Positions 48,560 through 60,626 of a stretch of DNA of 64,000 bases are shown one piece after another. Position 1 is the first letter of the stretch. Each line of letters begins with the position of its first letter. The notes under the pieces were generated by a model, which saw only the letters and a program-made list of their open reading frames with translations, made no database searches and was not told the origin of the DNA. A program made the translations under genes and the position numbers. The DNA lies in contig NC_057718.1 in the NCBI RefSeq assembly GCF_004010195.1, forward strand, positions 8,600,494 to 8,664,493. Reading direction: 5' to 3'. The stretch is from Chiloscyllium plagiosum. Lineage: Eukaryota.

Positions 48560-49000
48560 GAACCCAAATAGGCGGAAGGCTGTTAGAATTGGACAGCTAA
48601 TCTTGTCGAAGATAATAGCTATGAAAGAGAAACAGAGCTGGGAGTGAAAGATTGCAGGGTTTAACATAGTTAGAAAACCTAGGTGGATAAAAATGGGAAG
48701 CCAAGTCACTGCGCTTACTAGTGATAACATAATGACAGTAAAAAGCAATGCAGTTATCACTATGATGGAAGTTGAATGCATTTGAATAAAAATCAAAGAT
48801 AATTAAAGATCAGTCACTCCCAGAGGTGTGGTTTACAGAGCATTTAATAACGGAATGGAGGTGAAGGGGCAATATGCAGACAAATTAGGGAAATGAATAA
48901 TCAACATAAAGCAATAGCCACGAGGGTATGTCAACTTCTCTGATGTTATTTGGTGAGGAGCGGAAGGTTAAAGGGACAAATTTCTTACAGTGTGTATGGT
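48560..49000 (+). mobile_element. Very old CR1 apurinic endonuclease-domain remnant
   Basis: W..KIAGFNIVRK..ECI.IKIKD..GVVYR..IC.QI..NF.D..W..KFLQCV motif order. Confidence 0.55.
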
Positions 49001-49536
49001 GGCAATAATATTCCTGAACAGGTTGATTTGAAAATATCACTTGATATTTTGAACGGTGCTCCTGTTTAACCCAATAAGAAGCTCAGCATGGAGGACTCCC
49101 TACCACAGCTGGTAAAGAGGAATGGACTCATGCCAACTGCGGAGTTGAGTGTGGGCTGGTGTGGTACACATTGGCATTGGTGGGGTATGCATTCATGAGG
49201 TCCAGTGAGGCCTTACAGTGGCGAGGGCATCAGTGCAAGTGAGACGGCGCTGAAAAGTAGCGGCTTTTGTTCTAGTGGCATCGGCGTGGGGAAGGGGATT
49301 TGTGCCTGGCCATCAGGCCCATGGAGGAACACTTAACAGGAAGGACCATAAGGTTGAACACTATTTCTTTACTTTGTTATTTGTCTGCCTTTATATTCTA
49401 TGTTTTGGTTTATTTTTCTGTGGTTTAAGACAACAACGCAGCGTAGGGACACTATACGACATTTTTTGGAACATAATACATGTGGCAATCAATAAATACA
49501 TGAAATCTGCAGCAGGTAAGCAAACTGAGTATTTAG

Positions 49537-49623
49537 CTGAAACTTTATTGCTGGAACAGCACAGCAGGTCAGGCAGCATCTAGGGAACAGAAGATTCGAC
49601 GTTTCGGGCACATGCCCTTCTTC
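49537..49623 (-). mobile_element. 87-bp PLE family A insert with intact hammerhead core
   Basis: Minus-strand CTGAAGA-AGGGC(ATGT)GCCC-GAAA-CGTC at 49598-49625; 9-bp TSD AGTATTTAG at 49528-49536 and 49624-49632. Confidence 0.8.
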
Positions 49624-50129
49624 AGTATTTAGGCAACAGTGCTCATAACAGTAAAGGCTAGATTTTACAGACACTGCCCACCCCAGCTAAAATATCCGGG
49701 GATGAGCCTGCCCATGATTCCCACAGCTGCTCCAGAGTACTTCAATGCTGGGAGCTTTGTCAAATACTTTCAAATGAAGATCCAGCCTAGATTAAGGACA
49801 GGTTACACCTTTGAGAATTGTGGCCAAAATAATTGATTGGCAGCACTGTAGCTCCAGCAGCATCAGTTGGGAATGGTGGCCGCTGCGGGAATTTCTTTTT
49901 ATAAAATTTATTCACTTTGTGGAATGTGGGGGTTGCCGACTGGACCCAGCATTTATTACCCGTCCTTAGTTGCCCCTTGAGATGCTGCTGGGGTGAGCTG
50001 CCTGCTTGAACCGCTGCAGCCCACTTGTGGGTTAACCAACAATGCCCTTAGGAAGGGAATTCCAGGACTTTGACCCAGTGACACTGAAGGGACAGTGATA
50101 TATATCAAGTCAGGATGGTGAATGACTTA

Positions 50130-50787
50130 GAGTCATAGTCATACAGATGTACAACACGGAAACAGACCCTTCAGTCCAACCCGTCCATGCAGACCAGATA
50201 TCCCAACCCAGTCCAGGTCCACCAGCCAGCACCTGGCCCATATCCCTCCAAACCCTTCCTATTCATGCACCCATCCAGATGCCTTTTAAATGTTGCAATT
50301 GTTCTAGCCTCTACCACTTCCTCTGGCAGCTCATTCCATACATGTAACACTGTCTGTGTGAAAACATTGCCCCTTAGGTCCTTTTTATATCTTTCCCCTC
50401 TCACCCTAAACCTATGCCCTCTAATTCTGGACTCCCTGACCCCAGGGAAGAGACTTTGTCTATTTATCCTACCCATGTCCATCACGATTTTATAAACCTC
50501 TATAAGGCCACCCCTCAACCTCCGACGCTCCAGGGAAAAATAGTGCCAGCCTATTCAGCCTCTCCCTATAACTCAAATCCTCCAACCCTGGCTACATCCT
50601 TGTAAATCTTTTCTGAACACTTTCAAGTTTAACAACATCCTTCCGATAGGAAGGAGACCAGAATTGCACACAATATTCCAAAAGTGGCCTAACCAATGTC
50701 CTGTACAGCCGCAACATGACCTCCCAACTCCTGTATTCAATACTCTGACCAATAAAGGAAAGCATACCAAACGCCTTCTTCACTACC
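50130..50787 (-). mobile_element. CR1 3' fragment nested in the old CR1-like LINE
   Basis: VVKKAFGMLSFIGQSIEYRSWEVMLRLYRTLVRPLLEYCVQFWSP. Confidence 0.92.
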
Positions 50788-50905
50788 TTGAGGGAACTTG
50801 CAGGTGGTGGGATTGCCCTTGTCCTTCTAGATGGAAATGGACATGTGGGTTTGGAAGGTGCTGTCTGAGGATCTTTGGTGAATTTCTGCAGTGCATTTTT
50901 TAGAT

Positions 50906-53310
50906 AGAACAGTACAGGCCCTTCGGCCCTCAATGTTGATTAGATTACTTACAGTGTGGAAACAGGCCCTTCAGCCCAACAAGTCCACACCGACCCACCG
51001 AAGCGCAACCCACCCAGACCCATTCCCCTACATTTACCACTGCACCTAACACTATGGGCAATTTAGCATGGCCAATTCACCTAACCTGCACATTTTTGGA
51101 CTGTGGGAGGAAACCCACGCAGACATGGGGAATTCCCTGAGGCGGGAATTGAACCCAGGTCTCTGGCGCTGTGAGGCAACAGTGCTAACCACTGTGCCAC
51201 CGTGCCACCCAATGTTGTGCCGGCCTTCTATCCAACTCTAAGATCAGACTAACTTACATACACTTCATTGTACTAATGTCCATATGCCTATCCAAGAGTT
51301 GCTTAAATGTCCCTAATGTATCTGATTCCACTGCCATTGCTGATAGTGCATTCCATGTACCCACCGCTCTGTGTGTAAAGAACCTGCCTCTGACATCTCC
51401 CCTAAACCTTCCTCCAATCACCTTAAAATTATACCGCTTCGTGGTAGACATTTCCACCTTGTGAATAAGTCTTTGGCTATCCACTCTATCTATGCCTCTC
51501 AACATCTTGTTCATCCTCGATCAAGTCACCTCTCATCCTTCTTCGCTCCAATGAGAAAAGCTCTAGCTCCCTCAACCTTTCTTCATAAGATACGCCCTCC
51601 AGTCCAGGCAGCATCCTGGTAAATCTCTTCTGCACCCTCTCTGAAGCTTCTACATCTTTCCTATAATGAGTTGACCAGAACTGAACACAATATTCCAAGT
51701 GTGGTCTAACCAGGACTCTGTGGAGCTGCAGCAAACCTCATGACTCTTAAACTCAATCCCCTGCTCATGAAAGCCAACACACCATATGCCTACTTAACAA
51801 CCATACCAACCTGGGTGGCAACTTTGAAGGATCCATGGACATGGACCCCAAGATCCCTCTGTTCCGTCACACTGCCAAGAATCCTGCCTTTAACCCTCTA
51901 TTCTGCATTCAAATTCAGCCTTCCAAAGTGAATGACTTCACACTTTTCCAGGTTGAACTCCATCTGCCACTTATCAGCCCGGTTCTGTATCCTGTCAATA
52001 TCCAGTTGCAACCTACAACAGCCCTCCACACTATCCACAACAAATAAACAACCTTCGTGTCATCGACAAACTTAATAATACACCCTTCCACTTTCTCATC
52101 CAAGTCATTCATAAAAATCACAAAGAGCAAAGGTCCCAAAACCGACCCTTACACAACACCACTGGTCACCAAGCTCCAGGCTGAATGCTTTCCACCTACC
52201 ACCACCCTGTTTTCTATGGGCCAGTCAATTCTGTATCCAGCCAGCCAGATTTCCCTGTATCCCATGCCTCCTTACTTGTTGAATGAGCCTACCATGGGGA
52301 ACTTTATCAAATGCCTTGCTAAAATCTATGTACACCACATTCACTGCTTTACCTTCATCAATGTGTTTTGTCACATCTTCAAACAATTCAATAAGGTTTG
52401 TGAGGCACGACCTGCCCCTCACAAAGTCATGCTGACTATCTATGTTAAAGAATGGTTTTCCAAATAATCATGAATCCTGTCTCTCAAAATCCTCTCCAAT
52501 ACTTTGCACACCACAGACTTAAGACTGACTAGTCTGTAATTTCTAGAATTATCCCTATTCCCTTTCTTGAACAAGGGAATAATATTTGTCACCCTCCAGT
52601 CATCTGGCACGAATCCATTGGACAGTGAAGAAGTAAAGATCATCGTCTAAGGCGCAGCAATCTCTTCCCTCGCTTCCTGTAATAACCGTGATTATATCCC
52701 ATCTGGCCCAGGGGACCTATCTATCCTTATGTTTTTCAAAATTTTTAGTGCCTCCTCCTTCCTAACACAAACCTGTTATAGCATATCAGTCTGTTTTACG
52801 CTGTCCTCAGAAACGTCAAGATCCCTCTCAGTAGTGAATAGTGAAACAATGTGTTCATTCAGGACCTCTCTTACCTCCTCCAACTCTCGGCGCATGTTCC
52901 CTCCACTATCCCTGATCGATCCTGCCCTTACTCTGGCCATCCTCCTGTTCCCCACATAAGTATAGAATGCCTTAGAGTTTTCCTTAATCCTATCCACTAA
53001 AGCTTTCTCATCCCCCCTTCTAGCTCTCCTAAGTCCATTCTTCAGTTCCTTCCTGGCTACCTTGTAACCCTCTAGAGCCCTGTCTGATCCTTGCCTCCTC
53101 AACCTTAAGTAAGCTTCCTTTTTCCTCTTGAGTAGATGTTCCACATCCCTTGTCACCCAAGATTCCTTCACCCTCCCATCCCTTCCTTGCCTCAGTGGGA
53201 CAAACCTGTCCAGGGCTATCAGCAAGTGCTTCCTGAACAACCTCCACATTTCTGTTGTGCATTTCCCTGAGAACATCTGTTTGCATTCTAAGCACACCAT
53301 TTCCTGCCGA
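50906..53310 (-). mobile_element. CR1 LINE ~2.1 kb (linker, RT, 3'UTR) containing an HE1 SINE
   Basis: ORFs 52776-53339, 52440-52643 (VPDDWRVTNIIPLFKKG..NYRLVSL), 52225-52422 (DFSKAFDKVPH), 51915-52139 (FVDDTK). Confidence 0.95.
50939..51209 (-). mobile_element. HE1-type V-SINE with 8-bp TSD
   Basis: CAATGTTG at 50931-50938 and 51210-51217. Confidence 0.9.
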
Positions 53311-54996
53311 ATAGCATACACACTGCTGCTACTGAGCATCAGTGGTGGAGAGAGTGGATGCTTGTGGATGTGGTACCAATCAAGTGATCTGCTTTGGCCT
53401 GGATGGTGTCAAGCTTCTTGAGTGTTGTTGGAGCTGAACCCATCCAGGGCAATTGGGGAGTATTCCATCACACTCCTGCCTTGTGCCTTGTAGATGGTGG
53501 ACAGGCTTTGGGGAGGCAGGGGGTGAGTTAATCACTGCAGTCCCACCACGTCAAGGATAACAGGCAAATCAGGACCTGGGGTCTCAGTGAGGAGTATGGG
53601 GGTCAGGTTCAAAAGGCTGAGGAGCAAATTATTAAGGGCGGGGGAGGACGGCACGTGGAGGATGCAGACCTTGGGAGTGAAGGATGCCTAGGATGGGCTT
53701 AAGGGACCTGCAGAGGTCTGTGCTCTGACTGAAGCCCAGTGCAGCTTAACCTGTCAGGTTGCCCACATGGCGCATGCCCACTGACCTCTCGCTGCAGGGA
53801 AGATACCAGCTGTTGCCAGGTTGAGGGTTCTAAGTGTCCATTAATTGTCCATTTGCATTAGCTCTGTTGAGCCACTCAGTAAGCCCATTTGTGAGCAGGC
53901 CACAGGACACCTCCCACTCTATGCCCTCACAAATTTTCAGACCAGTCTGGGGGAATGGGAGTGGCTGCTGGGATTAGAATAGATGGTGGAAAGGTCACCT
54001 ACCGATTTTCTGTGCCGACTCTTCCTCCAACACACAGCCCAATGATCTGAGAGAGACTTGGGCTCATATTGTGCGCACCGACTCTAATACTGTCACAGCT
54101 CCACATTGGGCTGGATTTCGCTTCCACAGGCAGCTACAGGTTTGGAGATTGGCATCGTGACATCTTCTTGGTTCTGTGCAGTGTCTATCACCATCCTTTG
54201 GGCTCGGGCTCATGTTCAGGGATTTCCTAATCGTGGTGAGAATTCCCGCATTCGATTCCAGTGTGTTACTTTCTCACCTGGAGTGTGGCAGTCTCCTTTC
54301 TGCATTTTTCAATAGGTTTGCCTTTGGAGTAATGTTAGTGACGTTGTGTGGCATTCCCTGTTTTAATTCCACATCAACCAGATGGGGGAATGCACCTTCC
54401 TCTTTTATATTTATTCACAGGATGTGGATGCTACTGTAAATGATGGAATTTACTGTTTAATCCTGGTAACCTATGACCGGTACTGAACTCTTATAGCCCA
54501 TGGTGTGAGGACGCTCACACGTCTTGCTAGGTAGTGAGTTCCAGAGTTTTGATGAAGCCATTGTTGTACTAGAGTGCTTAAAGTTATGTAATGCACGCTT
54601 GTTTAATCATTTAATTATTTGTAGTTATGGGGAAGTGATTAAATGAAATGATGTAGCAAGCAACTTAGTTAATAGCAAAATGCCGACTGGGTGACCACTT
54701 TGCAGAGCACCTACATTCTGTCTGTAAAAGTGACCTGTTTCCAGTTTCCAAACACTTCAACATACCTCCATGCTCCCTGGCCAATATCTCTGTCCTGGGC
54801 TTGCTGCAGTGTGAGCTGGGAGAACAGTATCTCATTTCTTGCTGGGAGAACAGACAGCCTTCAGGGATTTAATATTGAGTCAGGTCATTCTGGAGCCTGA
54901 ACATTTCCTTCTATATCTTTTACACACCCTGTCATTCCTGACACTGTGATGATATGGGCTGCTTTCAGTCCAGCCATGACATTTTCCCCTACTCAT

Positions 54997-55606
54997 TGTC
55001 ATAAACAAGGCCAAACCCCTTAAAACATTTTTTAAGCAGGTAGCCCAGACCGTAACTTTGCTATTTGTTTGGGTGAGGTGTATAGGGGATATTCTCTGAG
55101 TAAATTAGTTGGGTTATCTACCATGTTTTAAACAAACAAAACTTGTTTACAAAATTATGGAATGAAACACAAAGAACAGAATACCAGATAGCTTATCCTA
55201 TCCAAACCCAACTTAATGATGCTGTTCTGAAAATACCTGCAACAGTCCCATACACACCCCTTAGCACAAATAGTAACAATGACACAGCAACTCACAGTTC
55301 AAAATTATAAGGGAGAAAAGACAGAGAGAAGGCCTCCAGTTTCCCCTGTGACTTTTACTCAACTCCCTCCCGAACTGACTAAAGCTCTGACCTGCACAGC
55401 AAGAGAGCTGGTCATGCCCCCTTGACGGTACCAATTTTTCAAAAGACCTTTCAAGCTTTTTTTCTTGAAGCATTATCTGTTAGGGTAAACAACAAGGCCC
55501 CAATGAACCATTCAAACTTCAGACACGATGGAGCCTGGCCAATTACACCCTCTCTGAAAGAAACCTCAAGGGCAGAGTAACTTTGTACCAGACCAGCAGT
55601 GTGATA
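54997..55606. mobile_element. Solo LTR (610 bp), same family as 9210-9847, inserted in a decayed PLE remnant (~54680-55755)
   Basis: TGTCA...TGATA ends, 4-bp TSD TCAT at 54993-54996 and 55607-55610; shared blocks such as AAGCAGG.AGCCC.GACC.TAACTTTGC and GAATGAAACACAAAGAACAGAATA. Confidence 0.78.
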
Positions 55607-55754
55607 TCATGGTACCCCACAGAAGCTTTCTTTCTTCCCTGGCTGCTGACACCATTCCTTTGCCTGCATGACTTTCTTTCTCTCTTCCTGAGCTTTGACT
55701 CCATCTATCTATCTATCCACTCCTTCCCACCCCACATCTCCTATCATCAGCATA

Positions 55755-57045
55755 GAAAATAGAACATAGAACAATACAGCGCAGAACAGGTCCTTTGGCC
55801 CTAGATGTTGCGCCGACCTGTGAACTATTCTCAGCTCTTCCCCCTACACTATCCCATCATCATCCATGTGCTTATCTAAGGATTTTTTAAAATCTCCCTA
55901 ATGTGGCTGAGTTAACTACATTGGCAGGTAGGACATTCCACGCCTTTACCACTCTCTGAGGAAAGAACCTGCCTCTGACATCTGTCTTAAATCTATCACC
56001 CCTCACTTTGTAGTTATGCCCCCTCGTACAAGCTGATGTCATCATACTAGGCGAAAACTGTCACTGTCTATCCTATCTGATCCTCTGATCATCTTGTATG
56101 TCTCTACGAAATCCCTTCTTAGCCTTCTTCTTTCCAACGAGAACAGACCCAAGTCTCTCAGCCTTTCCTCATAAGACCTTCTCTCCAGACCAGGCAATAT
56201 CCTGGTAAATCTCCTCTGCACCTTTTCCAATGCTTCCACATCCTTCCCAAAATATGGTGACCAGAACTGTATACAATATTCCAAGTGTAGCCACATTAGC
56301 GTTTTGTATAGTTGCAGCAGAATATTGCAGCTCTGAAACCCATTCCCTCTACCAATAAAACCTAACACACCGTATGCCTTCTTAACAGCACTATCAACCT
56401 GGGTGGCAACTTTCAGGGATCTATGTACATGGACTCCAAGCTCCCCCTGCACATCCACATTACCAAAAATTTATCCATTGACCCAGTACTCTGCCTTCCT
56501 GTTATTCTTCCCAAAGTGCAACACCTCACATTTAGCTGCATTGAACTCCATTTGCCACCTCTCAGCCCAATTCTGCAGTTTATCCAAGTCCCCCTGCAAC
56601 CTGTAACATTCTTCCATACTGTCCACTACTCCACCAACTTTAGTGTCATCTGCAAATTTACTAATCCATTCATCTATGCCTGCGTCTAAGTCATTTATAA
56701 AAATGACAAACAGCAGTGGTCCCAAAACAGATCCTTGTGGCACACCACTACTAACCAGACTCCAGGCTGAATATTTTCCATTAACCACCACTCGCTGTCT
56801 TCTTTCAGAAAGCCAGTTTCTAATCCAAACTGCTAAATCACCCTTAATCCCATTCCTCTACATTTTCTCCAACAGCCTACCATGTGAAACCTCATCAAAG
56901 GCTTTACTGAAGTCCATGTACACCACATCAACTGCCCTACCCTCATCTACATGCTTGGTCGCCTTCTCAAAAAACTCAATGAGGTTTGTGAGACATGACC
57001 TGCCCTTGATGAAACCAGGTTGATGATCTGAAATCAAATTGTTGC
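55755..57045 (-). mobile_element. CR1 LINE, RT to 3' tail
   Basis: GRSCLTNLIEFFE, YMDFSKAFD, SGVPQGSVLGPLLF, FADDTK; (TTCTATG)n tail. Confidence 0.95.
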
Positions 57046-57084
57046 TTGCTAGCAAGCAACAAATAGCAGCTTTTCCAAGCTACT

Positions 57085-57210
57085 CGCTGAAGATGGGTCA
57101 CTGGACTTGAAACGTTAGCTCTGTTTTCCTCTTCTACAGATGTTGCCATACCTGCTGAGTTCCTGCAGCAGTTTCTGTTTTTGTTGATGATTGCCAGCAT
57201 CCACAGGCCA
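57085..57210 (+). mobile_element. PLE family C terminal repeat with hammerhead-like core
   Basis: CTGAAGA(57087)-TGGGTC(ACTG)GACTT-GAAA-CGTTA. Confidence 0.7.
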
Positions 57211-57214
57211 ATAG

Positions 57215-57480
57215 GATGAGAGGAGAAGAAATTGCATCACCCAGAGAGTAGGGGGCCTGTGGAATTCTCTTCCACAGGAAATTGTTGAGATGAAAAAAAT
57301 ATTGGATGTTTTCAAGAAGGATTCAGATGTTGTCCTTAGGGATAAAGATCAAAAGGTGTGGGAGAAAGTGAGATCAGGATGCTCATGTTGGATGATCAAT
57401 CATGACTATGTTGAATGGTGGAGCTGGCTTGAAGGGCTGAATGGCCCACTTGTGGTCTTATTTTTCTATGTTTCTATGAT
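57215..57480 (+). mobile_element. CR1 3' fragment
   Basis: Remnant of MRRN..TQRV..LWNSLP and 3'UTR with (TTTCTATG) tail. Confidence 0.8.
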
Positions 57481-58446
57481 ATCAGTTTAATCCTTTCTAG
57501 CTACTGTATATGACTTAAGGTATCAGCGGCTGGTTGAGTAGATAGTAACCTCACACCAGATTGGAAAGGTTGTGAGTGTGACCATAATCCAATCTGACTC
57601 TCCACAGTAGGAGGTGCTATCGTTTACATTGGATGTTAGATTGAACTGTTGTGTGCCCACTCCCTGTCAGGGAAACATAAAAGACCAAGGGGTGTTAATT
57701 TAAGGAAGAGCATGGAAGTCCTCCATTGTGTCCTGGCCAATGAGCACCCCTCAAAGGACCTCCCAGAGAGCCCAGATAATCTGATTATTGTCACATGCTG
57801 ATTGTGGGACTTTGAAAAAGAGGTGATATGGGTTATTTTCAGCAGTGAAGAGCTGAACATTGTGATACATGGTGGAGCAGCAGTTCTCAAACTATAGGCC
57901 ACAGGAGCAGTGAATGCAATGAGAAGCTCCTTTCCCCTCTGAGCCTGCATCACCCACACAGAGCAGTACCATTCAGCTGTTGTCTAGCTCTGCTCTCCTC
58001 TTGGTCTCTCTGGATGGGACCTGAGTTCCTGCTTGTGGTTCTCCCATTGAACCTCAAAAACCCCAGCCTCCTATGTGAAACAGTGATGCCAACACAGCTG
58101 AACTGCAGGGTGACTGAGCCCGAACTAATCATGAGGAAACCTACCAAACAGCAGTGATTCGTAGTCAGTAAAGGAATTCGCCAGAGCTGCAAATGTAACC
58201 CACATGATTGAGGCAAATGTACAAAAATAAAACACCAGAATCAATACAGCTGGCAGCTGCCCCATTATGCAAAGAGGGAACCACATCTGGAGTTCACCCA
58301 TCCTTGCAGTGTATAGTTTAAAAATATACAAATGTTGAGAAAACTGTCTGTGAGTTTGTTAACCTACAGATGTACAACTCAAAGCAGATCACAGTTCTTT
58401 TACTATTCTGTGTGGCAGTGCAGAACAACTTGTGCTCTGAAGCCAC

Positions 58447-58720
58447 AGAATCCCTATAATGTGGAAGCAGGCCATTCAGCCCATCAGGGACTCTTCAAAG
58501 AGCATCCCACACCTACCCACCTTATAACCCTGCATTTCCCTTGGCTAATTCACCCAACCTGCACATCTCTGGATACTATGGATAATTCCCCATGGCCAGT
58601 CCAATTAACTTGCACATCTTTGGACTGTGGGAGGAAACCCACACTGACACAGGGAGAATATGCAAACTCCACAAAGACAGTTGCCTGAGGGTGGAATTGA
58701 ACCCAGGAATTAGCACTGCG
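58447..58720 (-). mobile_element. HE1-type V-SINE (decayed)
   Basis: TGCACATCTTTGGACTGTGGGAGGAAACCCAC..GCAAACTCCAC. Confidence 0.8.
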
Positions 58721-59424
58721 CAGCAGTGCACAGACCAGCCAAGAGCCTCAGTTTGCACTCTGAGGCTTCCTGACCAAGAAGCATGAGCTGGAGCAGCTCA
58801 GATAAATCTGTGGATGGTGAGCACATAAAATAATAAGTTTTACAAAGTTTCTGTAAAAGCTCAGATTTTCATATTCACACAATAAGTACATGTTAATAAT
58901 TATATACTGCTATTCTGCTACACTGTTTTATTGCTACTTTGTTTTACTGGTGTCTGGTGTCATATTAATTTTCAAGCATTAAATAGCATTGGATAGTAGT
59001 TTGTAAAGAGACTTTATAAAGGTTTTAATCAGGTTTTCTGATGAACAGGTGATGAACCATCTAAATGAGAGAGCGGGGGAGGGCTGCATTCAGTGATTAA
59101 AAATATCTTGAATTTGTATGGCGCTTTCACAACCTCACAATGTCCCTGTGCATTTTACAATGAATGAAGAGCAATGCTGCAGACGTATGTTCTCCAAAGT
59201 ATGAATTCACAATGAACCATAAGACGCAAGAGCTTTCTCCCCCATAAATCTTGATCCCCTTATTAATTATGTCTGTCTCTGCCTTGAATATAGTTAATGG
59301 CCAAGCCTTGACAACTCTCTGTGGTAAAGGATTCCATAGATTCACTGCTCTCTGAGAGAAGATGTTCTTCCTCTTCGCCATCTTAAATGGGAGATCCCTT
59401 ACTCTGAATATTTCATTATTTCAC

Positions 59425-60485
59425 GATAGAACATTATTTCAAGGAGCCACCACACACTGCAGCATAAAGGAACTACGCAGAGCAGAGAAAAATCACCTAC
59501 AATGTATTCAAAAAGAATGGGTACCCAATGAACACAGTCCGCCGATTTCTCAGCAACAAACCCAGACAAGCAGACAAAACACATCCAGAAACCCTAACCT
59601 CTCTCCCCTACATCAAAGACATCTAGGAAATGACTGCCAGACTACTCAAACCACTTGGCAACATGGTAGCCCACAAACCCACCAAAACACTAAAACAGCA
59701 GCTAATGAACTTGAAGGACCTTATACAGACAACAAGCAAAACTAATGTCATTTACAAAACACCTTGTAAGAACTGTAACAAACACTACATTTGACAAACA
59801 GGCAGAAAACTAGCCACCAGGATACATGAACATCAACTAGCCACAAAAAGACATGAGCTGATGATGTGTTGCTGGAAAAGCGCAGCAGGTCAGGCAGCAT
59901 CCAAGGAGCAGGAGAATCGAGATTTGACTGAGACAAGGTGGGGGGAGGGGAAATGAGGAAACTGGAGAAATCTGAGTTCATCCCTTGTGGTCGGAGGGTT
60001 CAGACCAACAAAATTTGGACCCAACCAGGACAACCAGTACCTACAACAAATCCGAACAACTGACACAGAAAGACATGACCCACTCTCACTAGTATCCTCA
60101 CATACAGATGAGGAAGGACACCACTTTGAATGGGACAACACATCCATTCTTGGACAGGCCAAACAGAGACACGCACAAGAATTCCTAGAAGCATGGCATT
60201 CCAACCAGAACTCTATCAACAAACACATTTACTACCCCCTGAGAAAAAGAACAGGAAATGACATCACCACATACAATGACGTCACCATAGGAAATGATAT
60301 CACCAACCCAAGGAAACCTAAACACATAAATAGAAAGCGGGCCACGCCACCAGTGCTTCATCCGGAGGCTCACTGAAGATGTTACCTAGTATGATGATGA
60401 AACGTCTGAAAACTAACCTTCCAACTCAGTGAGCAAACCTACATCCGAAACTTCAACCTGAGCTACAAATCTTCTCAAAACTCAC
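59425..60485 (+). mobile_element. PLE family D: linker, GIY-YIG endonuclease and terminal repeat, interrupted at 59857-60068
   Basis: RTLFQ.ATTHCS..KKNGYP..LPYIK..VAHKPT..NVIYK.PC..C...YI.QTGRKLATRIHEHQ..RHDPLSLV..GHHFEWDNTSIL..FLEAWHS; core CTGAAGA..GAAA-CGTC at 60373-60406. Confidence 0.9.
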
Positions 60486-60626
60486 TAAGGTTTCTGCAAT
60501 TTTTACACATTTAATTAATATTCAGTTCATTTGTTTGTCCTGCCAAAGCACATAACCTTACATAGGCTGCCTATTGGCCAGTAGGCCATTCAACTCATCG
60601 AGTCCACATCAATCCTCCAAACAGCA

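Noticed and set aside
54290..54420. Exon after the acceptor-like TTTCTGCATTTTTCAATAG
   Set aside because: No recognisable peptide and no good donor before the sequence runs into a repeat tail.
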